Below, piece by piece: positions 11,201 through 20,381 of a DNA stretch of 64,000 nucleotides. The position numbers were made by a program, and so were the translations under genes. The notes under the pieces are model-generated. The model saw nothing but the letters and a program-made list of their open reading frames with translations. It was not told the DNA's origin and did no database searches. Source of the DNA: Bacteroidales bacterium (GTDB lineage: Bacteria; Bacteroidota; Bacteroidia; Bacteroidales; UBA932); assembly GCA_017555965.1 (NCBI GenBank), contig JAFZFH010000134.1, positions 35,673-99,672 of the forward strand. Reading direction: 5' to 3'. Numbering within the stretch: the stretch's first letter is position 1; the number at the start of each line of letters is the position of its first letter.

Positions 11201-11376
11201 TCATTTATAATCCTCTTTCTCAATATTACAGAAGTGACAGATTTTCAAAGATACTTGAGAATATAACTCTTAATCCTAATATCTTTGAATTGAAGCAGAA
11301 TGACAATAAACTCAGAATATTTGTGCGAAATGTCGATTCTTTGTCAAAAGCGTATGAGTTTTTGAAGAAATTGTGA
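8191..11376 (+). CDS. mfd: Transcription-repair coupling factor Mfd
   Basis: GQFAIRGAIVDIF UvrB-like module, CarD/RID GDYIVHIDYGVG, CGDVGFGKTE, DEEQKFG, TATPIPRT, HQLRGRVGRS, DLDIRGAGNLLG, C-terminal TRCF domain. Confidence 0.97.
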   Translation: MLISTESINKLAENISSSDETFCSGLFLSARWFTVSQLDNDGFQMIVLPDKDSAEYCAADLYNLIEGDRIFFLPDSGKTLERSNYKSTLGVQRTSAIGKILEYDEGQLVVVTYPSALEEGIPDSGRIKESILHLTVGDEISHESIVEAMFESGFNKVDFVAEPGQFAIRGAIVDIFSYSYNNPFRISFFGDEIDSITVFDCNTQLSKEKVQKAEIYPDITYSEDKDAMTSILDILPDDTLIWLDSSDVYKNKDFFKGLDRFRRIYMELPLSRQNEEAIKFNISPQPVFNKNFELLTEDIRKRLEGGYRVRIYGEKLSQLERLKSILSQNSHILPEFIAGCNIHNGFIDHENKVCCYSDHEIFDRFHRVSIRRTVEKSEQLTLNDLTSFAIGDYIVHIDYGVGVFGGLVRMKDDKGRMHEVVKLMYKDNDVVFVSVHALHKISRYKSKDSEPPKIHKLGSKAWQNLKASTKSKVKDIAKDLIQLYAKRKSVKGFAFSADTYLQQELESSFMYEDTPDQEKAVYAVKRDMEDDCPMDRLVCGDVGFGKTEVAVRAAFKAVADSKQVAVLVPTTILALQHYNTFKNRLKDLPCNIDYVSRLRTAKEISDIQKRLKAGTLDIVIGTHKLIGKGFEFKDIGLLIIDEEQKFGVSAKEKLRQLKESVDTLTLTATPIPRTLQFSLLGARDLSIINTPPPNRIPVQTEIMLFDHDEIRKIIDYELNRGGQIFFIHNRVEELQSIHDILHRLVPDMKICVAHGQMEAKILENKILDFMAGDYDMLLCTTIIENGLDVPNANTIIINQAQNIGLSDLHQLRGRVGRSNRRSFCYLIVPPLVSITEDARRRLKAIESFSDLGSGFNIAMQDLDIRGAGNLLGAEQSGFITDMGFETYQKILAEAMEELGVETGISSKNSSDNYVSDCTIETDQLALIPDSYIDMTSEKIRIYKELDSLSSEKEIDQMKKRLSDRFGAVPEELSRLFDIVRIRQLGQKLGFEKIIMKNGVMIAFFIYNPLSQYYRSDRFSKILENITLNPNIFELKQNDNKLRIFVRNVDSLSKAYEFLKKL

Positions 11377-11426
11377 TATTCCCGTTTGATATATTTTTAT
11401 ATTTTTGTACTCAAATCAAATAATAA

Positions 11427-12140
11427 GTGGCTGATTTAGTAATCGATATAGGAAACACAGCATTGAAGGCTTCATGGTGTGACGGAATGACTTTAGGAAA
11501 GACATTCAGATACCAAGGGGAGAAGATGCTTGATTTCATATTGTCCTTAACTTCCAAGTCAAGACCTGAAAAGATAGTTCTCAGCAGTGTGAGACATTTT
11601 ACTGAGAGTAATGTGAACAGACTCGAGCAGGAATGTGACAAGCTTATAATCTTTGACAAGGATATATTTTCCAGATACGGACTTCCTGAATATATAACAC
11701 CGGACAGAGCGGCTTCCATCATAGCTTCCAGATACCTTTTCAAAGGTAAAGGATGTATGATATTCGATTTCGGAACAACTTTGAGTGTGGATTTTCTGGA
11801 TACTGAAGGAAAATATGAAGGCGGATGTATTTCTCCAGGCTGCAGAACGCGATTCAGAGCTCTGAACAGATACACAAAAACTCTTCCTCTTATAAATGCT
11901 CCCGAGTCTTGTTCCTGCATTGGACACGATATTAAGACTTCAATGGAGTCAGGAGTGGTTTCAGGTATGATATTTGAATTGGATGGATATATTTTGCGTT
12001 ACCCTGAAAAAATAAGTGTTTTTACGGGCGGTGATGCAATTTATTTTGCAAAAAGAATGAAAAACTCCATCTTTGCAGTTTCTAACCTAGTTATGATGGG
12101 GTTAGCATTAATAGCCGTTGAATATGATAAGAAAGATTGA
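11427..12140 (+). CDS. coaX: Type III pantothenate kinase
   Basis: VIDIGNT, PDRAA, IFDFGTT, GGCISPG, FTGGDA; TAnnTTTG at 11400-11407. Confidence 0.9.
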   Translation: MADLVIDIGNTALKASWCDGMTLGKTFRYQGEKMLDFILSLTSKSRPEKIVLSSVRHFTESNVNRLEQECDKLIIFDKDIFSRYGLPEYITPDRAASIIASRYLFKGKGCMIFDFGTTLSVDFLDTEGKYEGGCISPGCRTRFRALNRYTKTLPLINAPESCSCIGHDIKTSMESGVVSGMIFELDGYILRYPEKISVFTGGDAIYFAKRMKNSIFAVSNLVMMGLALIAVEYDKKD

Positions 12141-13446
12141 AAAAATACTTCTATTGTCAGTGTTTCTCATCATAAGTGTTTCCGTGTCAGCACAGGAAGG
12201 CGCTTATGGTGCGTATTCTCCGTATTCCATCTTCGGAATAGGAGATATATCGAAGGAAGGTACTGCGTACAATAAGAGTATGGGAGGAATCGGTTTAGCT
12301 ACGAGAAACAACAGATATATAAATTACCTCAATCCTGCCGCCGTGACAGCGAGGGATACCCTCTCTTTCATGGCTGACTTCGGTCTTGTTCAGAATAACA
12401 AGATGTTTGCTCAGGGTGATTTGAGATCTGGAAACAACACATTCAATATCTATGATTTCGTGATGACTTTCCCTATATGGAGATCATCTGCTTTCATGGT
12501 AGGATTGACTCCATATAGTGATGTCGGATATGATTTCTCATCTATAGAGGAGAATCCTGAGATAGTCGGTAATATAGGTAATCTTTCATATGATTCATAT
12601 GGTACAGGAAGTATATATCAGGCATTTGTTGGAGCAGGTGCAACTTTCTGGAGAAGACTTTCAGTAGGTGCTGAACTTATCTATTATTTCGGCAACATTG
12701 ATAAGATTACAGATATGAAGTATTCTGACAGTTCATATCGATCTCTTAACAGTGGAAATGAGATTTCTGTCAATGGTGTTACAGGAAAGTTCGGTCTTCA
12801 GTATGAACAGAAGTTGGGTGGTGATGTATCCATGATTTTAGGAGCTACCTACAAGTTGGGAACAGCTATGAACGGTTATTCAACTTCTTTCAAGTATGCC
12901 AACCAGTCGACAATTACCGATACTTTGAATTATTCGGTAGATACCCTTTCTAAAATGGGTATGAGGTTCGCGGATGAAATAGGTTTGGGAATTTCTTTCA
13001 AGGGTGGTGATAAGTGGAGTGCAGAGTTCAACTATCTCAGATCTGACTGGACAAATACAGGTATTGACAAGACTCCAGGTTTCTCTGTTATAGGAAATTC
13101 AATTTTCTCATCAACAGTGTCTGAATCATACAGAGCAGGATTTGAACTGACGCCTAACAGAAATGATATAAGGAGTTATTTCAGAAGATGTTCATATAGG
13201 GCAGGACTCTATTATGATAACTCTTATTATAAGATGGATGGAAATTCCGTTTCTTCGATGGGTCTTACATTTGGAGTTACACTTCCTATTGAGAATGATT
13301 ATCGAAAATACAACGGAATATCGCTTGGAGTTGACATCGGACAGAAGTCAAGTGTCAGAAACAATATGATAAGGGAAAGATATGTGATGTTTGTGATAGG
13401 ATTCAATATCCACGACATATGGTTCATCAAGAATCAGTATAACTAA
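12124..13446 (+). CDS. Outer-membrane beta-barrel protein, FadL-like, conserved beside coaX in Bacteroidota
   Basis: Signal peptide, SPYSIFGIG...SMGG...NYLNPA N-terminal hatch motif, amphipathic strands, C-terminal DIWFIKNQYN. Confidence 0.75.
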   Translation: MIRKIEKILLLSVFLIISVSVSAQEGAYGAYSPYSIFGIGDISKEGTAYNKSMGGIGLATRNNRYINYLNPAAVTARDTLSFMADFGLVQNNKMFAQGDLRSGNNTFNIYDFVMTFPIWRSSAFMVGLTPYSDVGYDFSSIEENPEIVGNIGNLSYDSYGTGSIYQAFVGAGATFWRRLSVGAELIYYFGNIDKITDMKYSDSSYRSLNSGNEISVNGVTGKFGLQYEQKLGGDVSMILGATYKLGTAMNGYSTSFKYANQSTITDTLNYSVDTLSKMGMRFADEIGLGISFKGGDKWSAEFNYLRSDWTNTGIDKTPGFSVIGNSIFSSTVSESYRAGFELTPNRNDIRSYFRRCSYRAGLYYDNSYYKMDGNSVSSMGLTFGVTLPIENDYRKYNGISLGVDIGQKSSVRNNMIRERYVMFVIGFNIHDIWFIKNQYN

Positions 13447-13488
13447 CACCCGATATAAAGCATATAAATAAAATACATAAATAACACC

Positions 13489-14817
13489 ATGAAAAGAATT
13501 GTACTGTTAATCTCTATCGCTGCAATGTCATTGTTTGCAAGCAGCACTCTTTCTGCACAGGGTAAGTTCGGTCCTGACAGCGCAGAATGTATCAAGTATC
13601 TTTCGTACTACACAGAGTACTACAAGCAGAAGAACTATGATTCTGCTCTTCCTAACTGGAGACAGGCTTACAAGCTTTGCCCTCCTACTTCGAGATATTC
13701 TCTTCTTTCTGACGGAACAACTCTTCTCAAGAGAGTTCTCCAGCAGAATTCAAAGAACCCTATCTACAAGGATGCTCTTGTTGACTCAATCATGAAGATT
13801 TATGATGAGCGTATCCAGTATTGGCCAAAATATGCTACAAGCTCACTCAACAACAAGGCTCTTGATATGTACAACTATATCAAGGATGATTCACAGAAGC
13901 TTTATGACGGACTTACTGAGGCTGTAAATGAGCTTGGTGTAAACGCAAGACCTAACCTCTTCCTTTTCCAGATCAACACAGCTGTAGATCTTTACAAGAA
14001 TGGTAAGCTTGATCCTGAGACAGTAATCAACATTTATGAGAATGCAGTAAGCAAGATCTCTGAGATGCCTGCAAAGAACGATGTTGAGCAGAGAAGCAAC
14101 GAGAAGACAATCTCTGATATCGAGAGCATCTTCATCACAAGCCAGGTTGCAAGCTGCGACAACCTCATCGCACTCTTTACTCCAAGATATGAGGCAGATC
14201 CACAGAATGTTGACCTTGCTAAGAATATCGTGAAGATGATGGGTATCACAGAGGGATGTACAGATAACGACCTTTTCCTCAACGCAGTTACTGTAATGCA
14301 TAACACTGAGCCTTCACACATTTCAGCTTACAACCTTTACAAGCTTTATGCTGGACGTGCTGATGTTGACAATGCTGTCAAGTATATGACTGAGGCTATC
14401 GAGAACGCTGATTCTGACGCTGTAACTGATGGTAACTATCAGTACGAGCTTGCAACTTTCTGCTACAAGAACGGTCAGAATGCAAAGGCATTTACTGCTG
14501 CACAGGCTGCTGTAGAGCTTGATCCTTCAATCGCTGGTAAGGCTTACATGCTTCTTGGAACTATCTGGGGTAGCGTAACTTGCACAGGTAATGATGTTGA
14601 GCAGAGAGCTAAGTATTGGGTCGCTGTTGACTTCATGAATAAGGCAAAGGCTGCTGATGAGACACTTGCAGACGCTGCAAACGATATGATCAGACAGTAT
14701 TCTGCATACTATCCACAGACTGCAGAGGCTTTCATGTATGATGTAACAGACGGTCAGTCATACACAGTATCATGCGGTGGTATGAGAGCTACAACAACAG
14801 TAAGAACTCAGAAGTAA
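13489..14817 (+). CDS. Periplasmic tetratricopeptide-repeat protein
   Basis: Signal peptide, helical TPR-like repeats, C-terminal YWVAVD...YP..EAF..GQSYTV; conserved position between the OMP and lptC. Confidence 0.7.
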   Translation: MKRIVLLISIAAMSLFASSTLSAQGKFGPDSAECIKYLSYYTEYYKQKNYDSALPNWRQAYKLCPPTSRYSLLSDGTTLLKRVLQQNSKNPIYKDALVDSIMKIYDERIQYWPKYATSSLNNKALDMYNYIKDDSQKLYDGLTEAVNELGVNARPNLFLFQINTAVDLYKNGKLDPETVINIYENAVSKISEMPAKNDVEQRSNEKTISDIESIFITSQVASCDNLIALFTPRYEADPQNVDLAKNIVKMMGITEGCTDNDLFLNAVTVMHNTEPSHISAYNLYKLYAGRADVDNAVKYMTEAIENADSDAVTDGNYQYELATFCYKNGQNAKAFTAAQAAVELDPSIAGKAYMLLGTIWGSVTCTGNDVEQRAKYWVAVDFMNKAKAADETLADAANDMIRQYSAYYPQTAEAFMYDVTDGQSYTVSCGGMRATTTVRTQK

Positions 14818-14823
14818 TCTGAT

Positions 14824-15450
14824 TTGAAAAGATTCATACATATTCTGAAGATGATTGCAACCGCTTCGGCGGTTGCTTTCGTCGTTTATTCATGTAAGGG
14901 AAAACTTGCGGAAGCAGAGATAATCAAACTTGAGGATACTCCTGTTCAGAGGGTAGACGATATGTTTATCGTTCAGTCTGAAAACGGACTTATGCAGATG
15001 AGGGCGGAAGCTCCTCTTATGGAAAGGTATGAAAAAGATACTCTTTCCTATGAACTTTTTCCGAAGGGAATAGCTGTGTTCGGTTATAATGAAGAAGGAC
15101 TGCTGGAGACAGAAATAGTTGCAGATAATGCCAGACATCTGAAATATAAGGATGGAAGGGAGTCTTGGGAAGCTTTTGGAAATGTTGTCGTAAAAAACCT
15201 TATAAATCAGGAGACGATGGAGACTGATACCCTTTATTGGGATCAGAAGAATGAAAGAATCTATACACATTGTTATGTGAGGATGTATTCTCCGGATGGT
15301 TTTGCTCAGGGATATGGAATGGAATCAGACCAGAGGGCGAGAGATACAGAGCTGTTCAGTCCGTTCAACAATTATGCGATAATGACTCAGGACAGCACAA
15401 AGGTTACTGTTGATTCTGTCAATTTTGTGGGACCTTTACAAAAAAAATAG
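14824..15450 (+). CDS. lptC: LPS export periplasmic protein LptC
   Basis: Lipobox-like VYSC, FPKGI, GNVVV, TDTLYWDQ, GYGMESD beta-jellyroll pattern. Start may be ATG 14851. Confidence 0.85.
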   Translation: MKRFIHILKMIATASAVAFVVYSCKGKLAEAEIIKLEDTPVQRVDDMFIVQSENGLMQMRAEAPLMERYEKDTLSYELFPKGIAVFGYNEEGLLETEIVADNARHLKYKDGRESWEAFGNVVVKNLINQETMETDTLYWDQKNERIYTHCYVRMYSPDGFAQGYGMESDQRARDTELFSPFNNYAIMTQDSTKVTVDSVNFVGPLQKK

Positions 15451-15540
15451 CGTCAGATTGACAGAAAATTGTTAACTTCGCCCCCTCATGTGTAATTGTA
15501 CGCATGGCAAAGCAAGAAATAATCTAAAACAAATAATAAA

Positions 15541-17526
15541 ATGGCAGTTCTTGAAACAATTCGTGTCAAGCTCGGAATTTTTATAACAGTGCTCATCGCA
15601 GTAGCGCTGTTGTCTTTCATTATTGATCCGAGCACACTTCAGTCTGTATCATCATCTATGTCATCAAAGTATGATGTAGGTGAGATTGATGGAAAGTCAG
15701 TTTCATATACAGATTTTCAGTCAGAGGTTGACAGACTTACAGCAATCAACGAGATCATGACAGGTTCTTCAGTACAGAACGAGGAGACTCAGATCTCAAT
15801 CAGAAATGCTGCATGGCAGTCACTTGTTGACAAATACCTTTTCATTAAGAATGCAAAGGCAGCTGGTCTTAACGTAGGTGAGGAGGAGATGGTTGACATC
15901 ATCTCAGGTCTTATCGACTCTCCTGTATTTACTCAGAATGCTGCTTTCTGCGATGAGAACGGAGTATTCTCTCCTGCACTTCTCAGCGATTTCGTAAGCT
16001 ATATCTCACTTGATGAGACAGGTCGTCTCCAGCTTTACTGGGATTATCTTATCGAGTCTGCTAAGACACAGCAGTATTATGACAAGTACTACTCTCTCTT
16101 CACACTCAGTAATGTTGTCAATACTCTCATGCTTACTGATGAGATCGAGGCAAACAACAACACTTACGATCTTGAGTTCGTAATGGTTCCATTCGGATAT
16201 ACTCAGGACACTACAGTAGTTGTTACTGACAATGAGATCAGAAAGTACTACGAGGATCACAAGAAGTACTTCAAGCAGTCTGCCAGCAGAGATATCGAGT
16301 ATGTTGTTTACGAGGTTCTCCCTTCTTCATCAGATGTTGCTGCTGCTAACGATGATCTCGTTAAGGTTTATGACGAGTTTGCTGCTGCTGAAAACATGAA
16401 GAGCTTCCTTCTTGCAAACTCTGACAGACAGTATGATAACCACTGGTATCGTGCCGGTGAGCTCAATACTGTTTCTTCTGCAGTAAACAACTTCGTTTTC
16501 GGTGCAGACAACAAGGGCGTTTCTGAAGTTATCGCTAACGGCAACACTTTCTATGCAGTACGCGTGATGGAAGAGGCTATGGTTCCGGATTCAGTATTCG
16601 TCAAGTATGTTCCTGCAACATCAGAGAATGTTGACAGCCTTCTTAACGTAGTTGAGCCTATGTGGATCACTCAGACTGTAGGTTTCGAGGATCTTATGGC
16701 AGCAAAGAAGAACAGCAAGGTAACTATCAGCGGTCTTACTTTCCAGGTAGTTAACACTACTGCTCCTGTAGCTAAGAAAAGAGTTGCTATCCTTGAGAAG
16801 ACAGCTGTTCCTAGCAAGGAGACTGTAAACCACTACTATTCACAGGCAAATACACTTGCAACCAAGTCTGCTGGTAAGTATGAGAAGTTCCAGGCTGCAT
16901 GCTCTGAAGAAGGTGTTTACGCACATCCTGTAAGCAGAATGCTTGAGAGCGCAAGCAAGCTCGGTTCTATCGACCACACTAAGGAGGTTACAAGATGGGC
17001 ATTTGAGGCAAAGGTAGGTGATGTTTCAAACATCATTACTGTTGACAACAACTACTTCATCGTTGCTGCCCTCAAGGGTATTCACAAGGAAGGATATGCT
17101 GATGTGAAGGAGGTTGCTTCACAGATCAGAGATGTCATCTATATGGACAAGGCTGGTGAGAAGATCGCTGCTGAGGTAGCTGAGAAGATCGCAGGCAAGG
17201 GTTCTATGGAGGCTATCGCTGAGGCACTTGAGACAACAGTAAGCACTAAGGAGGGTGTTGCATTCTCATCACTTACTTCTCAGGGTCTCGATCCTAAGTT
17301 CATCGGTGCTGCTTCTGTAGCTGAGGATGGTAAGATCTGTGGTCCTGTTGTAGGAACAATCGGAGTATATGTATACAAGGTTACAGGTCGTGATACCGGT
17401 GCTTTCTATACAGAGGACGATGCAAAGTCTTACGATGCACAGAAGACTCAGTATGCTTCACAGGCACTCATGTCAACAATGATGACAGATGCTGATGTAA
17501 AGGATAACAGAGCACGTTTCTTCTAG
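15541..17526 (+). CDS. PpiD/SurA-N family periplasmic chaperone (membrane anchored)
   Basis: MAVLETIR + TM helix, VGEIDG, SurA-N region, C-terminal KDNRARFF typical of the Bacteroidetes family. Confidence 0.8.
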   Translation: MAVLETIRVKLGIFITVLIAVALLSFIIDPSTLQSVSSSMSSKYDVGEIDGKSVSYTDFQSEVDRLTAINEIMTGSSVQNEETQISIRNAAWQSLVDKYLFIKNAKAAGLNVGEEEMVDIISGLIDSPVFTQNAAFCDENGVFSPALLSDFVSYISLDETGRLQLYWDYLIESAKTQQYYDKYYSLFTLSNVVNTLMLTDEIEANNNTYDLEFVMVPFGYTQDTTVVVTDNEIRKYYEDHKKYFKQSASRDIEYVVYEVLPSSSDVAAANDDLVKVYDEFAAAENMKSFLLANSDRQYDNHWYRAGELNTVSSAVNNFVFGADNKGVSEVIANGNTFYAVRVMEEAMVPDSVFVKYVPATSENVDSLLNVVEPMWITQTVGFEDLMAAKKNSKVTISGLTFQVVNTTAPVAKKRVAILEKTAVPSKETVNHYYSQANTLATKSAGKYEKFQAACSEEGVYAHPVSRMLESASKLGSIDHTKEVTRWAFEAKVGDVSNIITVDNNYFIVAALKGIHKEGYADVKEVASQIRDVIYMDKAGEKIAAEVAEKIAGKGSMEAIAEALETTVSTKEGVAFSSLTSQGLDPKFIGAASVAEDGKICGPVVGTIGVYVYKVTGRDTGAFYTEDDAKSYDAQKTQYASQALMSTMMTDADVKDNRARFF

Positions 17527-17546
17527 AAAACAGTACAATTCATCAT

Positions 17547-17588
17547 AAAATCTCCCGATGGTCGACTGATTATCGGGAGATTTTTTTT
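17547..17588 (+). terminator. Intrinsic terminator after the ppiD-like gene
   Basis: aaaatctcccgat / atcgggagatttt inverted repeat followed by a T run. Confidence 0.85.
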
Positions 17589-17624
17589 GTACATTTGTCC
17601 AGATGCATATGATGATTGAAGGGA

Positions 17625-18128
17625 ATGAAAAGCATTATTTCTACATTTCTGCTTCTTGTGGTGTTGACAGGATGTGTAAAGGAGAGGCAGACGGGGGCAG
17701 ATCTGAAGGTGGGGGACAGCCTGCCTGATTTTGAAGTCACGATGAACGACGGTATAGTCATGAGCGACGATTCTTTGAAGAGAAGCGTATCTGTCGTGAT
17801 GTTTTTTCATACCTCATGTGGTGATTGTCAGCAGGTACTGCCGCAGATGCAGCAGGTGTATGACGAATATATCGACAAAGGTGTTCTATTTGCCTTTATA
17901 AGCCGTGAGGATTCAGGATCGAGTGTTGCCTCGTTCTGGAAAGAAAAGGGCCTTAATATGCCGTATTCTGCCCAAACTGACCGTAAGGTATATGAGAAGT
18001 TTGCCAGGGAAAGGATTCCGAGGGTTTATATATGCGAAAAGGGCGGAATCATCAGGTATATTCATACCGACAATCCCGTCCCTTCTTATGACGATCTGAG
18101 AAATTCTCTAGAATCCCTTATACATTAA
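17625..18128 (+). CDS. TlpA/redoxin-family thiol-disulfide oxidoreductase lipoprotein
   Basis: Lipobox LTGC, VGDSLPDF, FFHTSCGDC (CxxC), cis-Pro IPR. Confidence 0.85.
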   Translation: MKSIISTFLLLVVLTGCVKERQTGADLKVGDSLPDFEVTMNDGIVMSDDSLKRSVSVVMFFHTSCGDCQQVLPQMQQVYDEYIDKGVLFAFISREDSGSSVASFWKEKGLNMPYSAQTDRKVYEKFARERIPRVYICEKGGIIRYIHTDNPVPSYDDLRNSLESLIH

Positions 18129-19221
18129 AGAGGAAGTGCATGATGTCACCGTCCTGAACAACGTACTCCTTACCCTCGATTCCAAGCTTACCTGCAGCTC
18201 TACATGCTGCCTCTGACTTGAGGGTGATGAAGTCCTCATACTTGATTACCTCAGCGCGGATGAATCCTCTCTCGAAGTCTGTGTGGATTACGCCTGCTGC
18301 TCTAGGTGCCTTATCTCCCTTGTTGATTGTCCATGCGCGGCACTCATCTGCGCCAGCTGTGAAATATGTACGGAGGTTAAGAAGAGAATAAGCGCTCTGG
18401 ATAAGTCTGATTACACCGGACTCTTCAAGGCCCATTTCCTCAAGGAACATCTGACGCTCCTCATAGCTCTCAAGCTCAGCGATGTCAGACTCGATCTTTG
18501 CTGAGATGATAAGGATCTCTGCATCCTCATCTGCTGTTGCCTGACGGACTCTCTCCACATACTCGTTACCGTTCTTTGCAGAAGCCTCGTCAACGTTGCA
18601 GACATACATTACTGGCTTGTTTGTAAGGAGGTAAAGCTCCTTTGCAAGCTGCTCCTCATCTGCATTCTCAGGCTTTACTGTACGACAAGACTTACCCTGC
18701 TCAAGCGCCTCCTTATATCTGAGGAGAAGGTCATAAAGCTTCTTGGCATTCTTGTCACCGCCTGTTGTAGCCTGCTTCTGAACCTTTGAGATACGGTTCT
18801 CTACAGTCTCGAGGTCCTTAAGCTGGAGCTCGCAGTCGATCACTTCCTTGTCACGGACAGGGTCTACGCTACCATCTACGTGTACGATGTTAGGGTCGTC
18901 GAAGCAACGGAGAACATGGAGGATTGCGTCTGTCTCACGGATGTTTGCGAGGAACTGGTTTCCAAGTCCTTCACCTTTGCTGGCACCCTTTACGAGTCCT
19001 GCGATATCAACGATCTCAACAGTTGCTGGTACAACTCTCTTAGGATTGCAGAGACTTTCAAGAATCTCAAGTCTCTTGTCAGGAACGTTTGTCGATCCGA
19101 TGTTTGGTTCTATAGTACAGAATGGAAAGTTTGCGCTCTGTGCCTTTCCTGAGCTTACGCAGTTGAACAATGTTGATTTACCCACATTAGGGAGTCCTAC
19201 GATACCGCATTTAAGTGCCAT
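18118..19221 (-). CDS. ychF: Redox-regulated ATPase YchF (Obg family)
   Basis: GIVGLPNVGKST, FCTIEPN, DIAGLVKGAS, IHTDFERGFIRAE, VVQDGD. Confidence 0.97.
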   Translation of the reverse strand: MALKCGIVGLPNVGKSTLFNCVSSGKAQSANFPFCTIEPNIGSTNVPDKRLEILESLCNPKRVVPATVEIVDIAGLVKGASKGEGLGNQFLANIRETDAILHVLRCFDDPNIVHVDGSVDPVRDKEVIDCELQLKDLETVENRISKVQKQATTGGDKNAKKLYDLLLRYKEALEQGKSCRTVKPENADEEQLAKELYLLTNKPVMYVCNVDEASAKNGNEYVERVRQATADEDAEILIISAKIESDIAELESYEERQMFLEEMGLEESGVIRLIQSAYSLLNLRTYFTAGADECRAWTINKGDKAPRAAGVIHTDFERGFIRAEVIKYEDFITLKSEAACRAAGKLGIEGKEYVVQDGDIMHFLFNV

Positions 19222-19269
19222 CTTTCTTTATCTTTTTATTTAAAATTTCTCGTTTTTATTTCCAGGGCG

Positions 19270-19371
19270 CAAATTTACGCTAACTTTTTCTTTTTCTTAT
19301 GATTATTTCCGTTTTTTAGTCAAAGTTTTACTTTTTCTTAACATCATTTGTCCGGTCGGTACTTACATTTG
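19270..19371. promoter_or_regulatory. Divergent -7 promoter elements (ychF / EEP nuclease)
   Basis: caaattta 19270-19277 (- strand) and tacatttg 19364-19371 (+ strand). Confidence 0.6.
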
Positions 19372-19379
19372 TTTCCGCC

Positions 19380-20357
19380 ATGATGAAAAGGTTACTGCTA
19401 ATTTTTGCACTGCTGTTTACACTCGGTGCCGGTGCTTCAGAAAAGGAGGACCCTCTTCTGTTTGTATTCTGGAATCTGGAAAATTTCTTTGACTATACGG
19501 ACCAGGGAACAGGGGAGTCTGACAAGGAGTTTTCTTCAATGGGTGCGAGGCGTTGGACAAAGAAAAGGTTTCAGACAAAATGCGACAACATATCCAAAAG
19601 CCTGTTGTAGATAAGGGACGAATACGGAAGAATGCCGGATGTGGTCGGATTTGCAGAAATAGAGAACAGGGGAGTGCTTGTAAAGCTTCTGAATTCCACC
19701 CTTCTGCGAAAATATGGCTACAGAATCGTCCATCAGGACTCCGGTGACAGAAGAGGCATAGACGTGGCACTTATCTATCGCAGCTCATCATTTACACTCG
19801 AATCCAAGTCTTTCGTGGTTCCCAGACTGGAAGACGGCCCGATGGCAACCAGAGATATTCTTCATGTGTGTCTGAAAGATAATGATGGTCATAAGATCAA
19901 TTTCATTGTCAATCACCACCCTTCCAAGTACGGAGGATCTGCAGAATCCGATAGGAACAGGATTGCAGCCATGAATACGTTGAAACAGATATGTGATTCC
20001 CTTCATGCAGTCTCTGATGATCATATAATTGCAATGGGGGATTTCAATGATGTCCCTGATTCGCCTGCATTTGTCAGGATTGAAGGTACTCTTGTGAATA
20101 AGGGGACAAAACTTCATGATGAAGGGGAAGGAAGCATCAGATACGAGGGGAAGTGGGAACTCATCGACATGTATCTGGTTGATCCTGAATCAGAAGATCT
20201 TACTGAGATGGAGGTCTGCAGGATACCGTTTCTGATGACATGGGAAAGAAAACATCCCGGAGAGAAGCCGTTGAGGACATATTCAGGCCCAAGATATATC
20301 GGCGGAGTAAGCGACCATTGTCCTGTCCTTCTTTGGTATTTCGGCGACAATTCTTAA
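19380..20357 (+). pseudogene. Secreted endonuclease/exonuclease/phosphatase (EEP) family gene interrupted by an in-frame TAG
   Basis: ORFs 19380-19610 and 19632-20357 share a frame (offset 252). FWNLENFFD lies before the stop; EIEN, RGIDV, NHHPSK, MGDFND, SDH lie after it. TAG at 19608-19610. Confidence 0.8.
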
Positions 20358-20381
20358 CTTTGAGAGAAATATACGCATGCG

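Noticed and set aside
19608-19610. Amber recoding (pyrrolysine or alternative genetic code)
   Set aside because: Other genes terminate correctly at TAG, and no pyl genes or suppressor tRNA are in the window.
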